In this document: piece by piece, positions 44,752 to 52,644 of the stretch
Layout of the letters: each line of letters begins with the position of its first letter
Numbering within the stretch: position 1 is the first letter of the stretch
Source: a virus
Taxonomy: Duplodnaviria; Caudoviricetes
IMG/VR virus record: IMGVR_UViG_3300044825_002433
Span: 1-59,195 of that record
Direction: 5' to 3' (one strand)
Length of the DNA stretch: 59,195 nucleotides
Position numbers and translations under genes: made by a program
The notes under the pieces: model-generated
What the model was told of the DNA's origin: nothing
What the model saw: only the letters and a program-made list of their open reading frames with translations
Database searches by the model: none

Positions 44752-44821
44752 GGGTTGAAAGCCAAAGGGAAAGGCACGCGGATAACGCACTCAGTAGCTG
44801 GTTCGAGTCCAGCTCAACCCC
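44752..44821 (+). pseudogene. tRNA-like element with disrupted anticodon arm
   Basis: Acceptor GGGTTGA/TCAACCC, D-stem GCC/GGC, T-arm GCTGG-TTCGAGT-CCAGC; no 5-bp anticodon stem. Confidence 0.6.
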
Positions 44822-44914
44822 TGAACGACACAGCGGGCGCCGCGTGGTATAAGGTGGTGGAGCAGCGCAGTCTCACCTGCCTGCCCCGTGACCAATCCGT
44901 TGGAGGACGGACTG

Positions 44915-45274
44915 ATGACCCAAGATTACAGGCATCCCGCTACCCCACCGCCGGAGCTGGTGCAGCAGTGGATCAACGAAGAGCCAGGCATCTTTGCTGA
45001 GCACATCGCCACCCGCGCCGCCCAGTGGGGCGCAGACCAGGAGCTGGAGGCGTGTTGTAAAGTTATTTGGAATAGTGCAGCTAACTTTTCAGCAACCGCT
45101 CATCTTGCAGCACAACGCAGGAGCGATAAACTCCGCGCCACCCGCCGCCCCAAGCCGTTGAGCTTGAAGGAGCAGGCGCTTGCTGTGCTGACGCAGTACA
45201 TGACTGGTGAGACAATCCTCACCAACGACTCTGTTGACACCATCCGCCGCGCCCTGGAGGCTCTCAATGACTGA
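44915..45274 (+). CDS. PPPELVQQW/AAQWGADQEL family protein, paralog 1
   Basis: GGAGG RBS before ATG 44915; conserved blocks shared with 45964 and 47219 ORFs. Confidence 0.7.
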   Translation: MTQDYRHPATPPPELVQQWINEEPGIFAEHIATRAAQWGADQELEACCKVIWNSAANFSATAHLAAQRRSDKLRATRRPKPLSLKEQALAVLTQYMTGETILTNDSVDTIRRALEALND

Positions 45275-45755
45275 TTACAAAGCAACGTCCGATCAATGGA
45301 ATCAAGTTCAGAAATGCGCCGATGTAGTTGGCAGCTCTGATTGCTCTGCAATTCTTGAACTCCGCGCCAGGATTGAAACACTAGAGAATGCTGCTCACAA
45401 GCATATCGTTGAAACCAATTCCAACATCGTGGCTTTGGCAAGCCGAGTCGAGTCGCTGGAAGCTGCTGAACGTCAAGCCTCAAAGGTTTACGAAATCAGC
45501 AAACCGCTAAAACTCACAGCAATACAACAGGAACAGTTGAACGCATTGCTACGACCTGGCTCCAGGCCATCTCCTAATTCCTCCCAAATTAGGAGTTCGC
45601 TGGTGGAGCGGGTAAGAAAAGCCATCTTTAACAATGGCGATGACGATGATTACAACGACGAAGCCCGTGCTGCAATCCGCGAGGTGGCCTTGTGGCTTGA
45701 CGAAAACACTGGTGGTGACGCCGCTTGGATGCTTAACCAGGAGGCCGAGCGATGA
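45267..45755 (+). CDS. Hypothetical protein
   Basis: ATGACTGA start overlapping upstream stop. Confidence 0.65.
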   Translation: MTDYKATSDQWNQVQKCADVVGSSDCSAILELRARIETLENAAHKHIVETNSNIVALASRVESLEAAERQASKVYEISKPLKLTAIQQEQLNALLRPGSRPSPNSSQIRSSLVERVRKAIFNNGDDDDYNDEARAAIREVALWLDENTGGDAAWMLNQEAER

Positions 45756-45967
45756 CTGAAATCACCCGCTACAAACTCGACGCTGCATTTGCACAGTTGC
45801 GCACGTTTGACCACCTTGCCAAGCCCGATGACTTCATCGAAGTGTCCCTATGGCACAACGGCGAAGGCTTCGATGCTCACCTGAGCACCCACGCCGAACA
45901 AAGCATCAAGCTGTCGTGGGGAGAGTTCAAGGCCCTAAAGAAACTTGTTAAGGAGCTGGATCAATGA
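45752..45967 (+). CDS. Hypothetical protein
   Basis: ATGA overlap, GGAGG RBS. Confidence 0.65.
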   Translation: MTEITRYKLDAAFAQLRTFDHLAKPDDFIEVSLWHNGEGFDAHLSTHAEQSIKLSWGEFKALKKLVKELDQ

Positions 45968-46326
45968 CTAACCCGATCACCCCACCGCCGGAGCTGGTAC
46001 AGCAGTGGGGGCACGATGCAAACCTGTTAGGCGTGCCACACAACGATGAAAACTGGGCGTACGAACAGCACATCGCCAACCGCGCCGCCCAATGGGGCGC
46101 CGACCAGGAGCTGGAGGCGATTCAAAAAGAGATCATTACGCAAGCCTGGTTTGCAGATCCAAGGCATCGCCTTGCTCAGCTCCGCGCCGCCCGACGCCCT
46201 AAGCCACCGAGCTTGAAGGAGCAGGCGTTAGCAGCGCTTAGAAGGTACGAAGCAGAAGAGTGGTGTGAAGAGATGACATTTGATAGCAGCATTATCCGCC
46301 GCGCACTGGAGGTGCTTCCCGAATGA
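45964..46326 (+). CDS. PPPELVQQW family protein, paralog 2
   Basis: Shared conserved blocks. Confidence 0.7.
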   Translation: MTNPITPPPELVQQWGHDANLLGVPHNDENWAYEQHIANRAAQWGADQELEAIQKEIITQAWFADPRHRLAQLRAARRPKPPSLKEQALAALRRYEAEEWCEEMTFDSSIIRRALEVLPE

Positions 46327-46502
46327 TCAACATCGACTCCAATCAAGGCCGCATCGGTGAACTGTGGTGGATCAACTCTGAGCAATCAAGGAAGATCTAC
46401 GGCGGCAACATCGTCCAAGGCTTACGGCAAACATTCGTCCTGTGGGGCACCTGCGGCTATGGCCGCGACATCAAAATTTCAATGGAGCCCATCAATGACT
46501 GA
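46323..46502 (+). CDS. Hypothetical protein (59 aa)
   Basis: MINIDSNQGRIGELWW...; coupled at both ends. Confidence 0.6.
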   Translation: MINIDSNQGRIGELWWINSEQSRKIYGGNIVQGLRQTFVLWGTCGYGRDIKISMEPIND

Positions 46503-46683
46503 TTTTTCTTTCTGGGCCGGCCCCGGTGTGATCTGCCCTAAGCATGGAACACACCCGCACACCATTGCAAGCAACATCAAAGGTCACGAAGGGCACTGGT
46601 GCATGATCTGCGCCCTTGAAGCACTTGGTGATCCACTGCCAACGATTTCACAAGAGGAGTATCTCAATGGCGTCAATGACTGA
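46495..46683 (+). CDS. Small Zn-binding protein
   Basis: CPKH ... CMIC. Confidence 0.6.
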   Translation: MTDFSFWAGPGVICPKHGTHPHTIASNIKGHEGHWCMICALEALGDPLPTISQEEYLNGVND

Positions 46684-46837
46684 CTTTCGAGAGCTGTGTG
46701 CCGAGCTGCTAGAAATTGCCGAGTTGTATTCCGACGGTGGCCCAGTTTACGAGCCCTTCGAGCAAATCTTAAATAAAGCCCGCGCCGTCCTTGCTCGCTG
46801 GGGCACATCCAATAACACTATTAACCAGGAGGACTAA
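46676..46837 (+). CDS. Hypothetical protein (MTDFRELCAEL type)
   Basis: ATGACTGA start. Confidence 0.6.
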   Translation: MTDFRELCAELLEIAELYSDGGPVYEPFEQILNKARAVLARWGTSNNTINQED

Positions 46838-46842
46838 TCACC

Positions 46843-47004
46843 ATGAAAAGCCTTGACGACTACACAGCACTTGGCGCCATCGTCCTAGTGCTTTTACTGA
46901 TGACTGCAACAGCCTGGTGGTGGTTCCCCCAAAAGTGGCAGGCATGTGAACGGCTTTATGACAACAAGCCAGCGCAGGTCTTCTGCCTGCTGGCATCGAA
47001 GTGA
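46843..47004 (+). CDS. Small membrane protein (53 aa)
   Basis: AGGAGG RBS; TM helix LGAIVLVLLLMTATAWWWF. Confidence 0.55.
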   Translation: MKSLDDYTALGAIVLVLLLMTATAWWWFPQKWQACERLYDNKPAQVFCLLASK

Positions 47005-47013
47005 GGAGAGCTA

Positions 47014-47226
47014 ATGACTAACCTCTCCCCCGCCGCACAAGCGGTGCTGGATGCGTTTCTCAAAGCGCCCATGGGGCAAAGCCATGTGGACGATGACCTA
47101 ATTGCCATTGCCGCCGCCCTGCGAGCTGTAGCTGAACACTGTAAATGTGACGATGGCGAAGGTTATTGGATCTACCGACCAAACATTCTTGCCATCGCCG
47201 CCGAGCTGGAGGGCAGCAATGACTGA
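47014..47226 (+). CDS. Hypothetical protein (LSPAAQAVLDA type)
   Basis: GAGGAG RBS, ATGACTAA start. Confidence 0.65.
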   Translation: MTNLSPAAQAVLDAFLKAPMGQSHVDDDLIAIAAALRAVAEHCKCDDGEGYWIYRPNILAIAAELEGSND

Positions 47227-47548
47227 ATTATCACCACAAGCCCCGGCGGTGCTGGTGCAGCAGTGGATCCAACAATCAACCACTACTGAATGCACCGCTT
47301 CTCAAGTGGCCACCCTTGCCGCCCAATGGGGCGCAGACGCTGAGCTGGAGGCGTGCTGTGAGTGGGTTGACTCATTCCAAAACAAATTTGTTCATGCCCA
47401 TGATCTTCGTCTTGTCCGCCGCCCCAAGCCGCCGAGCTTGAAGGAGCAGGCGCTAGAGGCGTTAGCTCACATTCTCAATAACAGCTCTACTCAACTTGGT
47501 GCAGACACCATCCGCCGCGCCCTTGAACAACTCCCTGACAACGAGTAG
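47219..47548 (+). CDS. PPPELVQQW family protein, paralog 3
   Basis: LVQQW, AAQWGADAELEAC, RRPKPPSLKEQAL, TIRRALE. Confidence 0.7.
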   Translation: MTELSPQAPAVLVQQWIQQSTTTECTASQVATLAAQWGADAELEACCEWVDSFQNKFVHAHDLRLVRRPKPPSLKEQALEALAHILNNSSTQLGADTIRRALEQLPDNE

Positions 47549-47561
47549 TCGCTTCCCCTAA

Positions 47562-47666
47562 ATGTTCTGCCCCTCTTACTGCTGCCAGGATTGCGGTGAA
47601 CAGATCGGGTGGCTCGGTCGGTTCTTTCAACTGATCCGCCTTCCATTGCATCGCTGCCAGGCATAG
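47562..47666 (+). CDS. Tiny Cys-rich peptide (34 aa)
   Basis: MFCPSYCCQDCGEQIGWLGRFF...; bounded by two candidate recombination sites. Confidence 0.4.
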   Translation: MFCPSYCCQDCGEQIGWLGRFFQLIRLPLHRCQA

Positions 47667-47761
47667 AAGACACCTCAACTAAAAGCCCCCCGCGTGGCAT
47701 CTAAGACGTAAACCCCCATACGGCCAAGCACGGTGTAGTATGGTTTGGTTTTTAATTCACC

Positions 47762-47989
47762 TTGAACATGCTAGACCCCTCTTTGGAATCCAGTCTTATG
47801 GAATCTTACATTACCAGACGAGAGGAGAGACTCAAAGAAGCAATTAACGACTATCTAGATGAGGATTTAAACGAGGAGTTCATAGAGGTTATTTTGAACC
47901 ATCTTAAGAATGAGTATGAGTTTCACTCTAGGAAATGCGGGATGTTGAAAAAGACCCTAGAACTTATTCAAAAAGGGAACATTCAGTAG
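47762..47989 (+). CDS. Hypothetical acidic protein
   Basis: 75 aa. Confidence 0.55.
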   Translation: MNMLDPSLESSLMESYITRREERLKEAINDYLDEDLNEEFIEVILNHLKNEYEFHSRKCGMLKKTLELIQKGNIQ

Positions 47990-48004
47990 AGGCACACAAG
48001 TGAC

Positions 48005-48169
48005 TTAAACTTGTGACTCCGCTATTTTCTTAGAGTTTGCTGCTTTTAACTGTTTTTCTTTTTCAGCAACTAAATGATGACTAGATACAAAACAGCAAGA
48101 AGTTACTTCTCCTTCTGTTAAACAGACTCGAATCGTTTCGGCTTCAAGGCATTCTACTGAGAGTGCCAT
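48005..48169 (-). CDS. Small hypothetical protein (54 aa)
   Basis: MALSVECLEAETIRVCLTE...SCCFVSSHHLV; TAAACT 24 nt upstream. Confidence 0.55.
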   Translation of the reverse strand: MALSVECLEAETIRVCLTEGEVTSCCFVSSHHLVAEKEKQLKAANSKKIAESQV

Positions 48170-48362
48170 TTTTTTTGTCTTTAATTCTGCGCTAGTTTAA
48201 AGCAGCAGCTGTATAAAAAGCTGCGATTATTACGGCCCCTAAGACACAAAATGTGACGGCGATAGCGTCGTCGGTCATAGCAAAAAAAAATTTCAGCGTG
48301 GGCACCCAAATAAAAAAGTAGCCAGCATGTTACTGCCGACTACTTCTCTGTTTTTAAATATT

Positions 48363-48674
48363 TCAGTTTGCCCAAGGCACACCGGCAGCCTTAGTTGGAT
48401 TTCTTTGTTCGTCAATTTGGGTTTGCAAGGCAGCCTCAATTTCAGCTACTTTTTCGGGACCGAAGTGCTCTTTAACCCACCCAACAACAATTTCTTCTGT
48501 CAGTTCGGCGTATGGAACTAAATTATCCGGGCGTTCGAACCCAAGACTGCCATACGCTCCCGAGGAGTAGGTGCCATCGTTAGCGGTTACAGTATAGTGT
48601 GCTGTGTATACGAATCCATCTGCAGTTTCTCTCTCGAGATTTACAATAGCCCAAACGAAAGTGGTGTCGGCCAT
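48363..48674 (-). CDS. Tail fibre-associated protein
   Basis: WAIVNLERE..DGFVYTAHY...GAYGS...GVPW. Confidence 0.7.
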   Translation of the reverse strand: MADTTFVWAIVNLERETADGFVYTAHYTVTANDGTYSSGAYGSLGFERPDNLVPYAELTEEIVVGWVKEHFGPEKVAEIEAALQTQIDEQRNPTKAAGVPWAN

Positions 48675-48749
48675 TAGAAAGTAAGCAATAGTTGAATTTT
48701 AAGCTTGATTTAGCTTGTTGAGTAGGCGGTTACCCACCTCCGTACGAAT

Positions 48750-48780
48750 AAAAAAAAGCCTGCCGGGAGCGTGGCAGGCT
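48750..48780 (-). terminator. Rho-independent terminator
   Basis: agcctgcc/ggcaggct stem preceded by A8 on + strand. Confidence 0.8.
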
Positions 48781-48803
48781 GAAGAGCGTATTAGAGAGTA
48801 GGG

Positions 48804-49286
48804 TTATTGGCTCTGGCTCGATTCAATGTAAGCGACAATCGCTTTTAGTTCATCAAGCGTTGCGTTGTTTTTGATCATGTTGGCTCGCATTGAGATAACG
48901 GCAATGTTGCCAGGCACATAACCTTTGCTGTTGTCGATACGATCCAAGCTGGGCGAGTTCTCTACTTGATCACGGTTTGACCTGCCAGCACCAACACGAG
49001 CAAACAATGGGATTCCCAGCACCGGGCAAGTTTCGGGAATTTCAATGTCATCTTTAGTGATGGTGCATTCCAATTCGGCAATACGAGCGCGGTTGCGAGC
49101 CGCGTAGACCATTTTCTGTCGCGGATCAAGCTCCATGTATTTTTGCATTTCACACTGGCGGCAACGGGAAATACGAGGCACGCCAAGAATGTCTCTCTTT
49201 GCTCGCTTGACCTTGTAAAAGTCAGTCTGCGGTTTGTGCTCCTTGCAGATATTGCACTGACGGAGCGCGGGGCAGGTCAAGGCCAT
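48804..49286 (-). CDS. HNH-like endonuclease, paralog of 44057..44641
   Basis: CNIC...CRQC; CPVLGIPL, SPSLDRIDNSKGY...VISMRANMIK; ATG 49286 overlaps the fibre stop. Confidence 0.8.
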   Translation of the reverse strand: MALTCPALRQCNICKEHKPQTDFYKVKRAKRDILGVPRISRCRQCEMQKYMELDPRQKMVYAARNRARIAELECTITKDDIEIPETCPVLGIPLFARVGAGRSNRDQVENSPSLDRIDNSKGYVPGNIAVISMRANMIKNNATLDELKAIVAYIESSQSQ

Positions 49287-50452
49287 GTGCTGATTGCGGT
49301 GCGCTTCCAAGTGTTCGTTGCAGTGCAAACGTAGATGTAGTTGGCATCCCAGCAGATCTCGCCAGCCACGCCAGTATCGGTAGCCGATGCCGGTGTTTTT
49401 GCAGTCGCAATTCTAATACGATTACCGTTCACCTGTAAGAGTGCGCCACCAGAGTCTGAAGCCGTGCCAACTAAAAGGCGTCGGCTGGAGTCAATGGTTA
49501 CGGCAGGAGAGCCTGCCGTTCCAATGCCGAGGGAATCATTTGCGTGATAATACTCAATGTAGCCGCGATAAGCCTCATTTCCCGATGTGCCATCTGCGAA
49601 ATAAATAGAGCCTACGCGATCCGCTACTCCTGTGGCACCTGATCTAATTGAGATGCCAGAATTTGCAGTTGTCGATCCGACGACAAGATTTGCTGCAGCC
49701 GAGCTATACGAGCCAGGGTCAGTAACGCCAATCCCTACGTTGCCTGTAGAAGTAATGTGCAGTTTATCGTCATTCGACGCTCCTGCACTAATTGCAAAAC
49801 TGGTGCCGTTATTACCACTAAGTCCTACTTTCCATTTAACTGCAGTTAAAGCGCTGCTATCGAAGCATACTGCAGGCGCAGCGTTGCCGTTGACAAGAAT
49901 CCCTTGGTAAGTTGTAGATGAGCTCACGTGAAGAGTTTGTCCAGGGCTACTAATCCCCAGACCTACTCTGTTATTGGTGGCATCGACGTAGAGCGTATTG
50001 CTATCGATGTTGACGTTGCCACTTGCGTCAATCAGTAGGCGCTGAACCCCACTAGACGAGATGGCTACGTTGTTTGCAGATGGCAGATAAACACCATTTG
50101 TCGGCACCGCGGAAGAACTCGGTATAAAACTTCCAGCAGTTAAGGCATCCGTTGTTTTATTAAAAGTTAAACCGGCATCACCTCCGAGATATCCGCCGTC
50201 GTTAAATTGAATCTGGGTGTTGGATCCAGCTGCGGCGATGCTTGCTGGCGGCAGTAAAGGAGCCACCACATTGGCCACTCCTTGCAAAGTTATCTTTTTA
50301 GGTTGAGCGTCTGCTTGTACTTCGTTTACATCTAATATCGCAAATGTACTCTGACCATCAGCAGCTCCGGCCTCCGCTTGCAGATCGTGCGTGGGCTGGA
50401 GACTCCGCCCAAATTGCCGCGCTTCGTCAAGACTACGCTTAGTCACAATCAA
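49277..50452 (-). CDS. Mosaic tail fibre protein
   Basis: QIQFNDGG, VAISS, RVGLG, GNVGIG, RLLVGT repeats; GEICWDANYIYVC tip. Confidence 0.8.
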   Translation of the reverse strand: MIVTKRSLDEARQFGRSLQPTHDLQAEAGAADGQSTFAILDVNEVQADAQPKKITLQGVANVVAPLLPPASIAAAGSNTQIQFNDGGYLGGDAGLTFNKTTDALTAGSFIPSSSAVPTNGVYLPSANNVAISSSGVQRLLIDASGNVNIDSNTLYVDATNNRVGLGISSPGQTLHVSSSTTYQGILVNGNAAPAVCFDSSALTAVKWKVGLSGNNGTSFAISAGASNDDKLHITSTGNVGIGVTDPGSYSSAAANLVVGSTTANSGISIRSGATGVADRVGSIYFADGTSGNEAYRGYIEYYHANDSLGIGTAGSPAVTIDSSRRLLVGTASDSGGALLQVNGNRIRIATAKTPASATDTGVAGEICWDANYIYVCTATNTWKRTAISTWP

Positions 50453-50556
50453 TCCGAGGAAGTATTTTTATTATAAAGTCTTTTTCTGTTGGTAAATCTA
50501 GAGCACAGCGCAACACTATCTTGCGTACTAAACTGAACCGTTAGTGGGATTTTTTA

Positions 50557-51267
50557 GTGTCTCGTAAAAACTGGGTCAAGGCCCTTGAATTTAACCGTTT
50601 AGTCTCTTCTTTAACGTATTTACAAAAAACTACGCGTGTTACGGATAACGATGCTTTTTTGGTTCTTGATTTAGAGGAAAAAGACGCAGACGCTCAGCCT
50701 AAACAAATCACCCTTAGTGGAATTCAGAATTCATTAAATCAAAGTGTCGGATTTACGACGGCTGTTAGCGGTATCGCCACCGCTGTAGTTAACACTATCG
50801 GTAGTGGTGTAACCCCGTACTACGGAAGCTTTTACGATACAACTATACAAACTAATCCGAGTGGGAACGGTTATTACAACCTCATGCGTTTAAATTCCAC
50901 AGCGGAGTCGCGTGGAGTCAGTGTGGTGTCTGGCGGCTTACTTCAAGTAGCTAATTCCGGTGTTTATAACGTCCAGTTTTCCGCTCAGATCGACAAAACA
51001 GATGCCGGCACCGATGACGCTGAGATTTGGATCGCTAAAAACGGTCAGAACGTCCCTTGGTCGGCGACACAGCTGACCTTAGATAAAAACAATGCTCGTG
51101 TCGTCGCTGCTTGGAATTGGGTTTTGACTATGGATACTGAAGAGTACGCAGAAATTCGGTGGCACGCCTTGGATACTAGTATTCGTCTGTACGCCACTGG
51201 CGTCGCCACTTCTCCTGACCGCCCCGGCGTACCTTCCGTTATTGTTACCGTAAATCGTGTAGCTTAG
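50557..51267 (+). CDS. Fibre/collar protein with C1q/BclA-like C-domain
   Basis: N-terminus shared with the 49277 gene (ADAQPK.ITL.G); YGSFYDT, GVYNVQFSAQ. Confidence 0.6.
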   Translation: MSRKNWVKALEFNRLVSSLTYLQKTTRVTDNDAFLVLDLEEKDADAQPKQITLSGIQNSLNQSVGFTTAVSGIATAVVNTIGSGVTPYYGSFYDTTIQTNPSGNGYYNLMRLNSTAESRGVSVVSGGLLQVANSGVYNVQFSAQIDKTDAGTDDAEIWIAKNGQNVPWSATQLTLDKNNARVVAAWNWVLTMDTEEYAEIRWHALDTSIRLYATGVATSPDRPGVPSVIVTVNRVA

Positions 51268-51309
51268 GTTTGTAATGGATATAAAATAGATCTTGTTTGG
51301 GCGCTTTCG

Positions 51310-51666
51310 TTGGCTGGAAAACACTGCGTCCAAGAATTGTACAAAGCAGATTCCTATCTTTTAAACGATGAGGCTTTCGTACGGGAAGCCCTCGTGGGGG
51401 CCGCTTCCGTTGCAAACGCAACCCTCTTGGACGTTAGTACACACCTTTTCGAACCTCAAGGAGTTACGGGGTTTGTGTTACTGGCTGAGAGTCACATCTC
51501 TATCCACACTTGGCCCGAATTAGGGTATGCCGCTGTGGATGTGTATACCTGCGGAACATCCACCGTGCCTGAGAAAGCTTGTGAGTATTTATATGAGCGG
51601 TTTAATGCTAAGAAACAACAAATACAAACTATACTTCGACCTGTTCCAAAGTTTACTTGTGTTTAA
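51310..51666 (+). CDS. speD: S-adenosylmethionine decarboxylase proenzyme
   Basis: FEPQGVT, LAESHISIHTWPE (E-S self-cleavage), DVYTCG. Confidence 0.93.
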   Translation: MAGKHCVQELYKADSYLLNDEAFVREALVGAASVANATLLDVSTHLFEPQGVTGFVLLAESHISIHTWPELGYAAVDVYTCGTSTVPEKACEYLYERFNAKKQQIQTILRPVPKFTCV

Positions 51667-51717
51667 AGATTCCCGTTTTTGCCCTAGTTAGAATATTTTC
51701 AAGCCGCTCCACTTCTT

Positions 51718-52104
51718 GTGGTCGAGGGTGATCTCCTTTTTGAGCTCCATTGTTTACAGAAAGGTACAGCCCGTAAGCGATTCAGAAAAGATATTCTCGA
51801 GGCGTGGGGACATCGATGCGCCTATTGCCATCGAGAGCGGGCTACTACATTAGATCATGTAGTCCCTAAGTCCCGCGGAGGTCCGACAACTAAAGCTAAT
51901 CTTGTTGCTTGTTGCGGTGATTGCAACATCAGCAAAAACCATGAAAATGTTCTCGCTTGGTGGAGAGCCCAGACGTTTTGGACGTTAGAGCGAGAGCGCG
52001 GGTTGTTTCTTTGGTTATCTAAATACCATCCTGCGACTGTCAGCAGAGCCCAGGAGTTAAACAAATTAATGAGTTATAAGGGTCTGCCCCCAGCCGCAGC
52101 TTGA
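51718..52104 (+). CDS. HNH endonuclease
   Basis: CAYC, TLDHVVPKSRGG, NLVACC..CN. Confidence 0.85.
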   Translation: MVEGDLLFELHCLQKGTARKRFRKDILEAWGHRCAYCHRERATTLDHVVPKSRGGPTTKANLVACCGDCNISKNHENVLAWWRAQTFWTLERERGLFLWLSKYHPATVSRAQELNKLMSYKGLPPAAA

Positions 52105-52124
52105 GGACAGACCCCATCCAGGAA

Positions 52125-52301
52125 TCACTTCTTGGCAAGTTTGCTTACGATGCCAGCCAGGATTTCAATAATTCGGTAGTACTTAGCGAGGGCTGCATCA
52201 TCTTTTGGCGTCGGGGTCATGTTTACGATCAACAAAGCCACCGCGTGGATGGCGATGAGGATCTCGATGATGTTTTTGGCGTTGTCCAAAAGGTTGTCCA
52301 T
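52125..52301 (-). CDS. Putative holin-like membrane protein (58 aa)
   Basis: IIEILIAIHAVALLIVNMTPTPKDD; TAAACT 21 nt upstream; near endolysin. Confidence 0.65.
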   Translation of the reverse strand: MDNLLDNAKNIIEILIAIHAVALLIVNMTPTPKDDAALAKYYRIIEILAGIVSKLAKK

Positions 52302-52329
52302 GGTTCGATTAACTCTATCTCTAGTTTAC

Positions 52330-52644
52330 CTATTTTGTTTCGAAGTTACCGCGGATGCGCATTTCGCCTCCTAATAAGTCTTGAGCTTTGGATCCGTCGG
52401 GCGGCAGTTCTGAATATATAGTTTTAGGCTTTTCTTGTTTGTCCCACTCTTTGGTTATTCTCTCAACGTCTTTATCGACGGAGATAAGGGTGGATTCGAT
52501 TTTCCACAGAACCCAATCGTGTTTACAGTAATGTAAAATTAATTTTACTATTTTGTATTTTCTTATACTTTTGTAGTTTTCTGCTATAGCTTTAACTACT
52601 TCGTAAAGCAGAGCTAACCATATGTTGTATTTATTGTTTTTCAT
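52330..52644 (-). CDS. Hypothetical protein
   Basis: 104 aa. Confidence 0.55.
   Translation of the reverse strand: MKNNKYNIWLALLYEVVKAIAENYKSIRKYKIVKLILHYCKHDWVLWKIESTLISVDKDVERITKEWDKQEKPKTIYSELPPDGSKAQDLLGGEMRIRGNFETK

Noticed and set aside
44752-44821. Functional tRNA gene
   Set aside because: No 5-bp anticodon stem with 7-nt loop, so no anticodon can be assigned
44888-47548. CRISPR array or diversity-generating retroelement in the repeat-rich array
   Set aside because: Repeats are in-frame coding blocks with irregular spacing; no cas or reverse transcriptase gene in the window; differences are not adenine-specific
52101-52421. Plus-strand 106-aa ORF
   Set aside because: Shadow of the minus-strand holin-like gene 52125..52301, which has its own promoter-like hexamer
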